Source: an uncultured Gammaproteobacteria bacterium
GTDB lineage: Bacteria; Patescibacteriota; Microgenomatia; UBA12405
Length of the DNA stretch: 34,958 bases
Direction: 5' to 3'
Assembly (NCBI GenBank): GCA_964425635.1
Contig: CAYRMT010000002.1
Location: 1-34,958, forward strand
Below the pieces are notes generated by a model. It worked only from the letters and a program-made list of their open reading frames with translations, made no database searches and had not been told where the DNA came from. Shown here in pieces: positions 7,932 to 15,466 of this stretch (position 1 is its first letter; each line of letters opens with the position of its first letter). The position numbers and the translations under genes were made by a program.

Positions 7932-9260
7932 ATGTCCAGATACATTATTAATGGCGGCAAACCACTCAAAGGTGAGGTTTCGATTAGAGGTGCTAAAAAT
8001 GCCAGCTTTAAACAAATAATTGCTTCCATGCTAACCAATCAAACTGTCCGATTAAATAATGTTCCTCAAATTTCTGATGTAAAAATAACCACCAGTATTG
8101 CCAAAAATCTTGGTTGTCGAATAACTCAAACAGGGGATCATAGTCTTGAATTAACTACTCAAAAAATTATTAATTCTACTGTTCCTAGTGGTACTGGTGA
8201 AAAATCTAGATCATCATTTATGTTTGTTGCTCCTTTACTTACCAGAACTGGAACCGCCATCGTTCCAATTCCAGGTGGTGATAAGCTTGGCGATCGACCA
8301 TTGGACCGTCTTTTCGACTGTTTCTCTCAAATGAATATTAAAGTGTCTGAAAACGAAAACATTATTACTTTTAATACTGACAAAATTATTGGTACTCACT
8401 ACACTTTTACCAAACCATCACACACCGTCACTGAAGCTATTATCATGACTGCCGTTCTTGCCAACGGTGAAACAATCATTGACAATGCCGCCCTTGAACC
8501 AGAAATTGACGATTTAATTTTAATGTTAAATCAAATGGGGGCTAATATTCAAAGAGATTCCCAAAATAATAAAAGAATAGTTGTTCAGGGAGTTTCTAAA
8601 TTGAACGGAATAGAACACAACGTAATTTGTGATCGAAACGAAATTGTCACTTTTGCTTGTGCTGCCTTAGCCACCAAGGGCTCCGTTTCTATTTTTAGAG
8701 TCAAACCAAGCGTTGTTCAAACATTTTTAGAAATTATTAAAAAAATGGGAGCCAAAGTTAAAACCGGTAATGACGAAATTTATGTTGAATGGGTTAAACC
8801 ACTAACCAGTATTAATATTGAAACCGAACCAGAACCAGGATTTATGACCGATTGGCAGGCAATTTTTTCAGTCCTTTTAACTCAAAGTGTCGGTTGTAGT
8901 TCCATTATTGAAAAAGTCTATCCTAGTCGATTTCAACACATCGAAAATCTTAAAAAAATGGGAGTTAAAGTTAATTTTTTCAATCCAGAAATAAATAATC
9001 CCAAAGAATACTATCAGTTTAACCCAGAAAGTGACCGATTAGAATATTTCCATGGTGTTAAAATTTATGGCCCAACTAAATTAAAACCAGCCAATTTCAT
9101 TATTAAAGATCTTCGGGCAGGAGCTTCAGCTACAATTGCTGCTTTAACCGCATCAGGAAAATCAACTATTGATGGAGTTGAATATATTGAACGCGGATAT
9201 GAAAAATTAGCCGAGCGTCTTTGGTCTTTAGGTGCTAACATAGAATATATAAAAACATAA
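7932..9260 (+). CDS. murA: UDP-N-acetylglucosamine 1-carboxyvinyltransferase (MurA), Asp-type active site
   Basis: Full-length enolpyruvyl transferase: ISGAKNA-like IRGAKNAS, the active-site loop PIPGGDKLGDRPLD, and the C-terminal LRAGASATIAAL and ERGYEKL motifs. Confidence 0.95.
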   Translation: MSRYIINGGKPLKGEVSIRGAKNASFKQIIASMLTNQTVRLNNVPQISDVKITTSIAKNLGCRITQTGDHSLELTTQKIINSTVPSGTGEKSRSSFMFVAPLLTRTGTAIVPIPGGDKLGDRPLDRLFDCFSQMNIKVSENENIITFNTDKIIGTHYTFTKPSHTVTEAIIMTAVLANGETIIDNAALEPEIDDLILMLNQMGANIQRDSQNNKRIVVQGVSKLNGIEHNVICDRNEIVTFACAALATKGSVSIFRVKPSVVQTFLEIIKKMGAKVKTGNDEIYVEWVKPLTSINIETEPEPGFMTDWQAIFSVLLTQSVGCSSIIEKVYPSRFQHIENLKKMGVKVNFFNPEINNPKEYYQFNPESDRLEYFHGVKIYGPTKLKPANFIIKDLRAGASATIAALTASGKSTIDGVEYIERGYEKLAERLWSLGANIEYIKT

Positions 9261-9264
9261 TTTT

Positions 9265-10299
9265 ATGATTCATTTATACTTAGGTCTACTTCTCTTTTCT
9301 TTTTTAATAACCAGTATTTTGGTTGTCCCTTTTATTAATCTCCTTTATAAATTTAAATTTCAACGACAAACCCAAAAAACTACCGATTTTCAAAACAAAA
9401 GAGCTACTATTTTTGACAAATTTCACAACCAAAAATCAGGCACGCCAGTCGGTGGTGGCTTATTGATCATCGTTACTGTTTCTATTCTTTTTATTTTACT
9501 TTTCCCTATTCTCAAATTTTCCAAAATTTTTATTTCATCAAACTACACCATCACTCACGAAATCGCCATTCTATTTTTTACTTTTATCAGTTTTGGATTA
9601 CTCGGTCTTTACGATGACATTCTAAAATTTTTTGGATTCAAAAAAACCGGATTTTTCGGATTGAGAATGATCTATAAGTTAATATTACAATTAATAATTT
9701 CCCTAATCATTTCTCTAATGATTTATTTTCAACTAAGAATTGATTTTATCTATTTGCCCTTTTTTGGAGTTATTAATTTAGGGTGGCTTTTTATTCCAGT
9801 TTCAGTCGTTTTTATTACTGGGTTTGCTAATTTCTTTAATATCACCGATGGTCTTGATGGTTTATCATGCGGTCTTCTAATGTTTGCTCTTTTTGCTTTT
9901 TGGATTCTTGCCAGCACTTCAATGGACACTGTTCTTTCATCTTTTTTAGCCCTCTGGATTGGATCTCTAATTGCATTTCTTTATTTTAATGTTTACCCAG
10001 CCAGAATCTGGCTCGGCGATGTTGGTTCGCTTTCTTTTGGTGCCACTTTTGCCGTAATTGCTTTACTTCTAGGCAAAGTGGTTCCTTTACTTATTGTTGG
10101 GTCCCCATTTATCATTGAAGGATTATCCAGTACTATTCAATTATTCAGTAAAAAATATTTTCACAAGAAAATTTTTCCAGCTGCTCCAATTCATTTAACT
10201 CTTCAAAATTTAGGATGGGAAGAGCCAAAAATTGTTTTTAGAGCTTGGTTGGCTGGAATTATATTAGCAGTTTTTGGACTATGGTTAGGACTAAATTAG
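9265..10299 (+). CDS. mraY: phospho-N-acetylmuramoyl-pentapeptide transferase (MraY)
   Basis: Polytopic membrane protein with the NITDGLDGL, GDVGSL and QLFSKK..KIFPAAPIHL motifs. Confidence 0.95.
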   Translation: MIHLYLGLLLFSFLITSILVVPFINLLYKFKFQRQTQKTTDFQNKRATIFDKFHNQKSGTPVGGGLLIIVTVSILFILLFPILKFSKIFISSNYTITHEIAILFFTFISFGLLGLYDDILKFFGFKKTGFFGLRMIYKLILQLIISLIISLMIYFQLRIDFIYLPFFGVINLGWLFIPVSVVFITGFANFFNITDGLDGLSCGLLMFALFAFWILASTSMDTVLSSFLALWIGSLIAFLYFNVYPARIWLGDVGSLSFGATFAVIALLLGKVVPLLIVGSPFIIEGLSSTIQLFSKKYFHKKIFPAAPIHLTLQNLGWEEPKIVFRAWLAGIILAVFGLWLGLN

Positions 10300-10820
10300 A
10301 ATTACAACAAGAGATAGAAAAATATATTGGCCTACCTTATAGTAAAAATATTCTTAAAGACAGAAAAATAATCAAAGAACAATTTCTTGGAGGTAAGGGT
10401 AATTGTCTCCAAATTGCCACTGAAACCATCAGGCTCGCTCAAAAACAAAAAATAGATTTAACTAAATTAAACAATCAAGAATTTTATAATTTCCAAAAAA
10501 AGAATCATATTGGTATCGATTGCTCTGGTCTTGCTTGCCAATTATTAAACTTTTATTTTAGTTCTGAATTAAATCCTCGCAAAACTTCTGCCAATATGCT
10601 CACTTCCGCTCCAATTTCCAAAAAAATAAAACCAAACGAAATTAAAACAGGGGATTTGGTTCGACAAAAAAACGGTCATCACGTTTTATTTATAATTGAA
10701 AAAGAAGGCGATAAAATTCTTTATGTCGACAGCTCTCGCGAAGGCAGGGGAGTCAAATATAGTGTCGCCAATATCACCGACAAATCATTTATCCATCAAG
10801 GCTTTTTTAGATTGAATTAA
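10281..10820 (+). CDS. NlpC/P60-family cysteine peptidase-like protein, no signal peptide
   Basis: The first ATG is at 10281; the 10245 start in the ORF track is a TTG deep inside mraY. GIDCSGLACQLL carries the nucleophile Cys and GDLVRQKNGHHVLFII the His, matching the NlpC/P60 DCSGf / GDLvf..HVgiy pattern. The hydrophilic N-terminus suggests a cytoplasmic location. Confidence 0.65.
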   Translation: MVRTKLELQQEIEKYIGLPYSKNILKDRKIIKEQFLGGKGNCLQIATETIRLAQKQKIDLTKLNNQEFYNFQKKNHIGIDCSGLACQLLNFYFSSELNPRKTSANMLTSAPISKKIKPNEIKTGDLVRQKNGHHVLFIIEKEGDKILYVDSSREGRGVKYSVANITDKSFIHQGFFRLN

Positions 10821-10824
10821 TCTA

Positions 10825-10983
10825 TTATTTCTCTTCAATTAATTCCCTGTATTTCAACGGTTTTAAAGATAAAATCTCAACCTCAGTTCCACATTCAGGG
10901 CACTCAATTATATCTCCAACCATCGTGGCTTCTATTAATTCAATTTCTGTTTTACAATCAGGACAAATAACTTTTTCGTTCAT
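10825..10983 (-). CDS. LysW-like zinc-ribbon small protein (candidate amino-group carrier protein); absent from the supplied ORF track
   Basis: My translation gives 52 aa: MNEKVICPDCKTEIELIEATMVGDIIECPECGTEVEILSLKPLKYRELIEEK. It has an ATG start, a TAA stop and two CPxC knuckles. The layout mirrors Thermus LysW as I recall it (CPECGAEL...GELVVCEDCGAELEV..LDPLRL + acidic tail), but the tail ends EEK rather than EDWGE. Confidence 0.55.
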   Translation of the reverse strand: MNEKVICPDCKTEIELIEATMVGDIIECPECGTEVEILSLKPLKYRELIEEK

Positions 10984-11023
10984 ATTTTATTAAAATTAAT
11001 AACTAGTATAATTAAACTATTAT

Positions 11024-11845
11024 ATGGCAAATACACCTTTAATTAAATTAGAAAATGTTTATCTCAAAAGAGAAGACTTAAACGAAACTGGTTCTGCTAA
11101 AGATCGGGCTATGTTTTTTCAAATCGAAAATTTAAAAAAACAGGGTTTTAAAAATGCCGTAATTTCTAGTACTGGTAATGCTGCTATTTCTGCTGCCCAT
11201 TTTTGCCATTTAAATCAAATTGATTTAACTATTTTTGTTTCACCAAAAATCAATAAAGCTAAATTTGATTTACTTAAAAAAGATGGTGGTCAAATTTTTA
11301 TTACTGATCAACCCATCAGTGAATCTATAAAATTTTCCAAAAAAAATCATACTTATCTTCTTCGTCAATCAACCGATCCTAGTGCCCTAATTGGCTACCA
11401 AGAAATCGGCAAAGAATTAATGAATGAATTACCCCAAATTACCAGTATTTTCATCCCAGTTGGTAGCGGTACTACTCTTTTAGGAATCTCCCAAGTACTG
11501 CCATCATCAGTAAAAATCTATGCCATTCAACCAGCTAGCAATTGCCCCTTGTCTAAATTTTTTGATTCAAACTACCAATCAGAAACAGAAAATATAACCG
11601 ATGCCTTATCTGCTAAATTTCTTCCTTTAAAATCTCAAATAATTTCAACCATCAAAAATAGTGGCGGAACTGGTTTAGTTATTCAAAATAATGAAATTTT
11701 AGAAGCCCAAAAAATACTAGATTCAAATGAAATTAAAACATCTCTTGAGGGTGCCATGGCTTTAGCAGGCTTTAAAAAAGCTATCAAAAATAACCTAAAT
11801 ATTGGTAATTATCCAGTCATAATTTTAACCGGATGTCAAAGATAA
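11024..11845 (+). CDS. fold-type II PLP-dependent enzyme, threonine synthase / Trp-synthase-beta (PALP) family, short form
   Basis: TPLIKLENVYLKREDLNETGSAKDR carries the PLP lysine, followed by ISSTGNAAISAAHF and IPVGSGTTLLG (phosphate-binding loop). At 273 aa it is shorter than typical ThrC. Confidence 0.75.
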   Translation: MANTPLIKLENVYLKREDLNETGSAKDRAMFFQIENLKKQGFKNAVISSTGNAAISAAHFCHLNQIDLTIFVSPKINKAKFDLLKKDGGQIFITDQPISESIKFSKKNHTYLLRQSTDPSALIGYQEIGKELMNELPQITSIFIPVGSGTTLLGISQVLPSSVKIYAIQPASNCPLSKFFDSNYQSETENITDALSAKFLPLKSQIISTIKNSGGTGLVIQNNEILEAQKILDSNEIKTSLEGAMALAGFKKAIKNNLNIGNYPVIILTGCQR

Positions 11846-12939
11846 ATTTAGAAAAAATTATCAACAATTCTCCTTATATTTTCTTTTTTTTAGTGGTCGA
11901 TAAATATTTAGACATTGATATCCCTAAATTAAAAAACTTTGAAAAAATCTATCTTTCAGACTATCCGTCGATCAAAGAAAAAAACAGTGGCAAATTATTA
12001 TCAAATTCAAAAGTTATTGATTTTATTCTTAAAAAATCTCAAAAAGCCAAACTCACACCTGCTATCATTCCTTTCAAACCATCTGCCAAAATTGACTTGA
12101 TTTGTCAAAAAAATAATTGGGTAAGTATTAGTAATCCAGGCCCCATTAATCGTTTTTTGGAAGACAAAATTAAATTTGCCAAACTTTGTCAAAAATATAA
12201 ATTATCAACTATTCCTTTTTCTATCGATACTTTCTCACAAAAAAATTTTTTGAAATACCAAAAGCTGTACGGTAAAAAATTAGTTATTCAAACCCATTTT
12301 GGTTGGGCAGGTAATAGTACATTTTCGGCCGAATCTTGGGATGAAATTAAAAACAAAATTTCTTCTGGTATCATCGTAAAATACAGTCCTTTTATTCAAT
12401 CTTCTTACTCTTTACTAAATAATTGCTGTCTTACCAAATTTGGTTTAATTCAAAGCCCGCCCGCCCTTCAATACACCGGAATTTCTCCATACACCAAAAA
12501 TCCTTTTACCACCGTCGGTCGCCAATGGCCATCCTTTGCTCCATTAAAAACAAAAGGTGAAATTAATAAAATAACTGAAAAATTCGGTAAAATTTTAAAA
12601 GAAATTGGCTACAAAGGTTTTTTTGGTCTCGACTTTTTGGTCTATAAAAACAAAGTTTTTTTATTAGAATGCAATCCTCGTTTAACTGCCTCTTTTGGTT
12701 TTTACACAACAATAGAAGAAAAACAAAATATTACCCCTCTCTTTTATTTTCATCTTGCCGAATTTTTAAAACTTGATTATCAAATCGATATTAAAAAAGA
12801 AAAGACCAGATTTAACAATAAAAAAATTATCGGTTCAGAACTAACTCCTAAAGATAAAAATAATCATACCTGTCAAAAATTAAACTTTAATTTTCCTTTA
12901 TCAAAAACCACTAATCCTATTTCTCTAAAAATTAAATGA
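11833..12939 (+). CDS. ATP-grasp family carboxylate-amine ligase, specificity unknown
   Basis: C-terminal ATP-grasp core: KLVIQTHFGWAGNSTF, GYKGFFGLDFLVYKNKVFLLECNPRLTASFG. Overlaps the upstream PLP gene by 13 nt and the ftsW start by ATGA. Does not look like Ddl or a Mur ligase. Confidence 0.7.
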   Translation: MSKINLEKIINNSPYIFFFLVVDKYLDIDIPKLKNFEKIYLSDYPSIKEKNSGKLLSNSKVIDFILKKSQKAKLTPAIIPFKPSAKIDLICQKNNWVSISNPGPINRFLEDKIKFAKLCQKYKLSTIPFSIDTFSQKNFLKYQKLYGKKLVIQTHFGWAGNSTFSAESWDEIKNKISSGIIVKYSPFIQSSYSLLNNCCLTKFGLIQSPPALQYTGISPYTKNPFTTVGRQWPSFAPLKTKGEINKITEKFGKILKEIGYKGFFGLDFLVYKNKVFLLECNPRLTASFGFYTTIEEKQNITPLFYFHLAEFLKLDYQIDIKKEKTRFNNKKIIGSELTPKDKNNHTCQKLNFNFPLSKTTNPISLKIK

Positions 12940-14102
12940 AAGAAACTAAATCCCCACTTTTATTTTTAGTTTTCAGTTTGGTCTTTATTGGACTAATTTT
13001 TATTTCCATCTCATCATTAAGTGAAGCCAGCTCATCAATTGGAGACAAATTTTTTTACATTAAAAAACAAGTATTTTGGCTAATTTTAGGAATATTTTCT
13101 TTTTATATAACTTCCAAAATAAATATTAAAACCATTAAAAAATTTTCTTTCGCTCTTTATACTATTTCCATCCTTGGACTAATATTAGTTTTAATTCCAA
13201 GTTTAGGCAACGAAGCCCTCGGTGCCAGACGCTGGCTAAATTTAGGTTTCACCAGTATTCAACCTTCAGAAATTTTAAAATTAACCTCCATTATTTATTT
13301 TTCTTTTCTTTTTTCAAAAAAAGAAAATCTTCATATAAAAAATCTTATTTTTTATCTTGGTTTGCCATTCATTTTAATAATTATCGAACCAAATTTAAGC
13401 ACCGCTATTTTAATTTCAGCTATTGTCAGTTCCATTTATTATCTTTCTGGAGGAGATATTGTCCCTTTGTTTAGTATTTTTAGTATTATTCTAATTGTCA
13501 GTATTCCCTTAATTTTTTTATCACCATACAGATCAGCCAGATTAAAAACTTTTTTAGAACCGCAGCAAAATCAAGAAACTTCCTCATATCACAGCAACCA
13601 AATAATTTTAACCCTATCTTCTGGAGGAATTTTTGGTAAAGGTTTTGCCAATTCAGACCAAAAATACAAATTCCTTCCTAAAATTTCCACCGATTCAATC
13701 CTTGCTGTTATTGGTGAAGAAGTTGGTTTTATAGGAATTTTTGCAGTTCTTTTAATTTATCTTTCTTTAATAAATTATCTTTTAAAATTTTCTCAAACAA
13801 TCGACGATCCATTTCAAAGTTTAATAGTATCCGGAAGCGCCTGTTGGATTGCTTATCAAAGTTTAATCAATATTTCTGCCATCACTGCTCTTATTCCACT
13901 CACCGGGGTCACTCTTCCATTTATTTCCTATGGCGGCTCTTCACTTATTACACTTTTTGTCGTTATTGGTCTGGTTAGAAATATCGAAAAAAACCAAAAA
14001 AAATTGTTATACTCAAAGAGTGAACAAGACAAAAAAGACGATCATAATCACCGGAACACATCTAACACCAGCCCTAGAACTAATTCGTCAATTGAAAGCT
14101 GA
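12936..14102 (+). CDS. ftsW: SEDS-family peptidoglycan glycosyltransferase FtsW
   Basis: Ten-TM-type protein with RWLNLGFTSIQPSEILKL, SDSILAVIGEEVGFIG and LPFISYGGSSL motifs, at the dcw position before murG. The hydrophilic tail overlaps the murG start region. Confidence 0.9.
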   Translation: MKETKSPLLFLVFSLVFIGLIFISISSLSEASSSIGDKFFYIKKQVFWLILGIFSFYITSKINIKTIKKFSFALYTISILGLILVLIPSLGNEALGARRWLNLGFTSIQPSEILKLTSIIYFSFLFSKKENLHIKNLIFYLGLPFILIIIEPNLSTAILISAIVSSIYYLSGGDIVPLFSIFSIILIVSIPLIFLSPYRSARLKTFLEPQQNQETSSYHSNQIILTLSSGGIFGKGFANSDQKYKFLPKISTDSILAVIGEEVGFIGIFAVLLIYLSLINYLLKFSQTIDDPFQSLIVSGSACWIAYQSLINISAITALIPLTGVTLPFISYGGSSLITLFVVIGLVRNIEKNQKKLLYSKSEQDKKDDHNHRNTSNTSPRTNSSIES

Positions 14103-15096
14103 TAAAAAAAATGATTGGCAAATAAATTACATCGGTCGAAAAAATAATTCTAGTGTCGACAAAAATCCTTCGATTGAATCAAAAATTATCCCAAAAACAG
14201 GTATTAAGTTTTATTCAATTAATTGTGGTAAATTTGATCGCCGTTGGGTTCCTAATACTATTAAAGGTCTTCCGCAAACCATTAAATCATTATTTGAAGC
14301 CTCAAAATTAATCAAAAAAATAAAACCAGACATAGTTATTTCCTTTGGTGGATACGTTTCTGTTCCGGTTATTATTAGTAGTTTTTTTAGAAAAATACCA
14401 TCAATTACCCACGAACAAACTTTAACCAACAGCTTAACCACTAAAATCAATAGTTTTTTTGTCAACAAAATCGCTCTTTCTTTTAACAATCAGCAACAAA
14501 AAGAAAAACTACCAAAAAACAAAATTGTTGTTACAGGAAATCTCTTAAGGCAAGAATTGTTTCACCCTCAAAAAAATAAAATAGGGGACAACATCGACAT
14601 TTTTATAACTGCTGGCAATCAAGGCTCTCATGTAATAAATATTTTAATTAAAAAAATTCTTCCTGAATTAAAAAATTATTATATTATTCACCAAACAGGT
14701 AAAAAAGATTTTTTTAGTTTTAAAAAATTAACTAAAATTCATCCTAAATATAAAGTTTTTGATTATCTAGAATCAAAAGATATGGCCTATGTTTTAAACA
14801 AGACAAAACTAGTTGTTGGCCGTTCCGGCGCCAACACTTGTCAAGAAATTGTCGCCCTAAACAAAAAATCTATTTTAATTCCCCTAAAAATCAGTCAACA
14901 AAATGAACAATTACTAAATGCTCTTTGGGTTAAAGAAAAAAACCCAAAAAATACCCAAATTTTAGAAGAAAAAGATATTACTGAAAAAAATATTTTAGAA
15001 AAAATTAAAAAATTAATTACCAATAAAAACAAAAAAAACATTTCTAAAAACACTGATAACCTAAAACTTTTAAATTTAATCCATGAAATTCTTTAA
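14020..15096 (+). CDS. murG: undecaprenyldiphospho-muramoylpentapeptide beta-N-acetylglucosaminyltransferase (MurG)
   Basis: GT28 features: N-terminal beta-strand plus loop IIITGTHLTPALEL (degenerate form of GGTGGH..PAL), FGGYVSVPV, GRSGANTCQEIVALNKKSILIP. The frame is open from the ATG at 13930, deep in ftsW. I favour the GTG at 14020 (VNKTKKTIIITG), but the start is uncertain. Confidence 0.85.
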   Translation: MNKTKKTIIITGTHLTPALELIRQLKADKKNDWQINYIGRKNNSSVDKNPSIESKIIPKTGIKFYSINCGKFDRRWVPNTIKGLPQTIKSLFEASKLIKKIKPDIVISFGGYVSVPVIISSFFRKIPSITHEQTLTNSLTTKINSFFVNKIALSFNNQQQKEKLPKNKIVVTGNLLRQELFHPQKNKIGDNIDIFITAGNQGSHVINILIKKILPELKNYYIIHQTGKKDFFSFKKLTKIHPKYKVFDYLESKDMAYVLNKTKLVVGRSGANTCQEIVALNKKSILIPLKISQQNEQLLNALWVKEKNPKNTQILEEKDITEKNILEKIKKLITNKNKKNISKNTDNLKLLNLIHEIL

Positions 15097-15466
15097 AATT
15101 TTTCTTTTTATTGTCTTTTTTATAAGTCTTTCATTTTCCATATATTCATACAACATTTCTTCTGTAGAAAAAATTAATCCAGTTTCTGATAAAAACAATT
15201 TTTATTTTCAATTAGAACATGGTTTTAAAATTGCTCAAATCAATAATACAAATAACCTTATTAAGGATTATCAAAATCAATTAGAATTCTATATAATTAA
15301 TGAAAGCAATAACCCGACAAAAATTATTTTGTCTACTCAAAAAAATCCTTATTGGCAAATTGCTTCTTTACAAGAAATTTTAAAAGTAGCTAAAATTAAC
15401 AATAAACAACTACAATTAGTTGATCTCAGTATCAACCATCCATATGCAACATTCAAAAATAATTAA
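15083..15466 (+). CDS. minimal FtsQ/DivIB-like bitopic protein (no obvious POTRA domain)
   Basis: 127 aa with an N-terminal TM helix. Sits in the ftsQ slot between murG and ftsA. The C-terminal [15 protein letters not shown] resembles the FtsQ iDLRf.n.v.v segment. Assignment rests mostly on position. Confidence 0.45.
   Translation: MKFFKIFLFIVFFISLSFSIYSYNISSVEKINPVSDKNNFYFQLEHGFKIAQINNTNNLIKDYQNQLEFYIINESNNPTKIILSTQKNPYWQIASLQEILKVAKINNKQLQLVDLSINHPYATFKNN

Noticed and set aside
13986-14005. A7/A8 runs at the ftsW-murG junction considered as a programmed +1 frameshift making an FtsW-MurG fusion.
   Set aside because: Homopolymer A runs are frequent throughout this genome. There is no stimulatory structure, and a GTG start for murG explains the layout.
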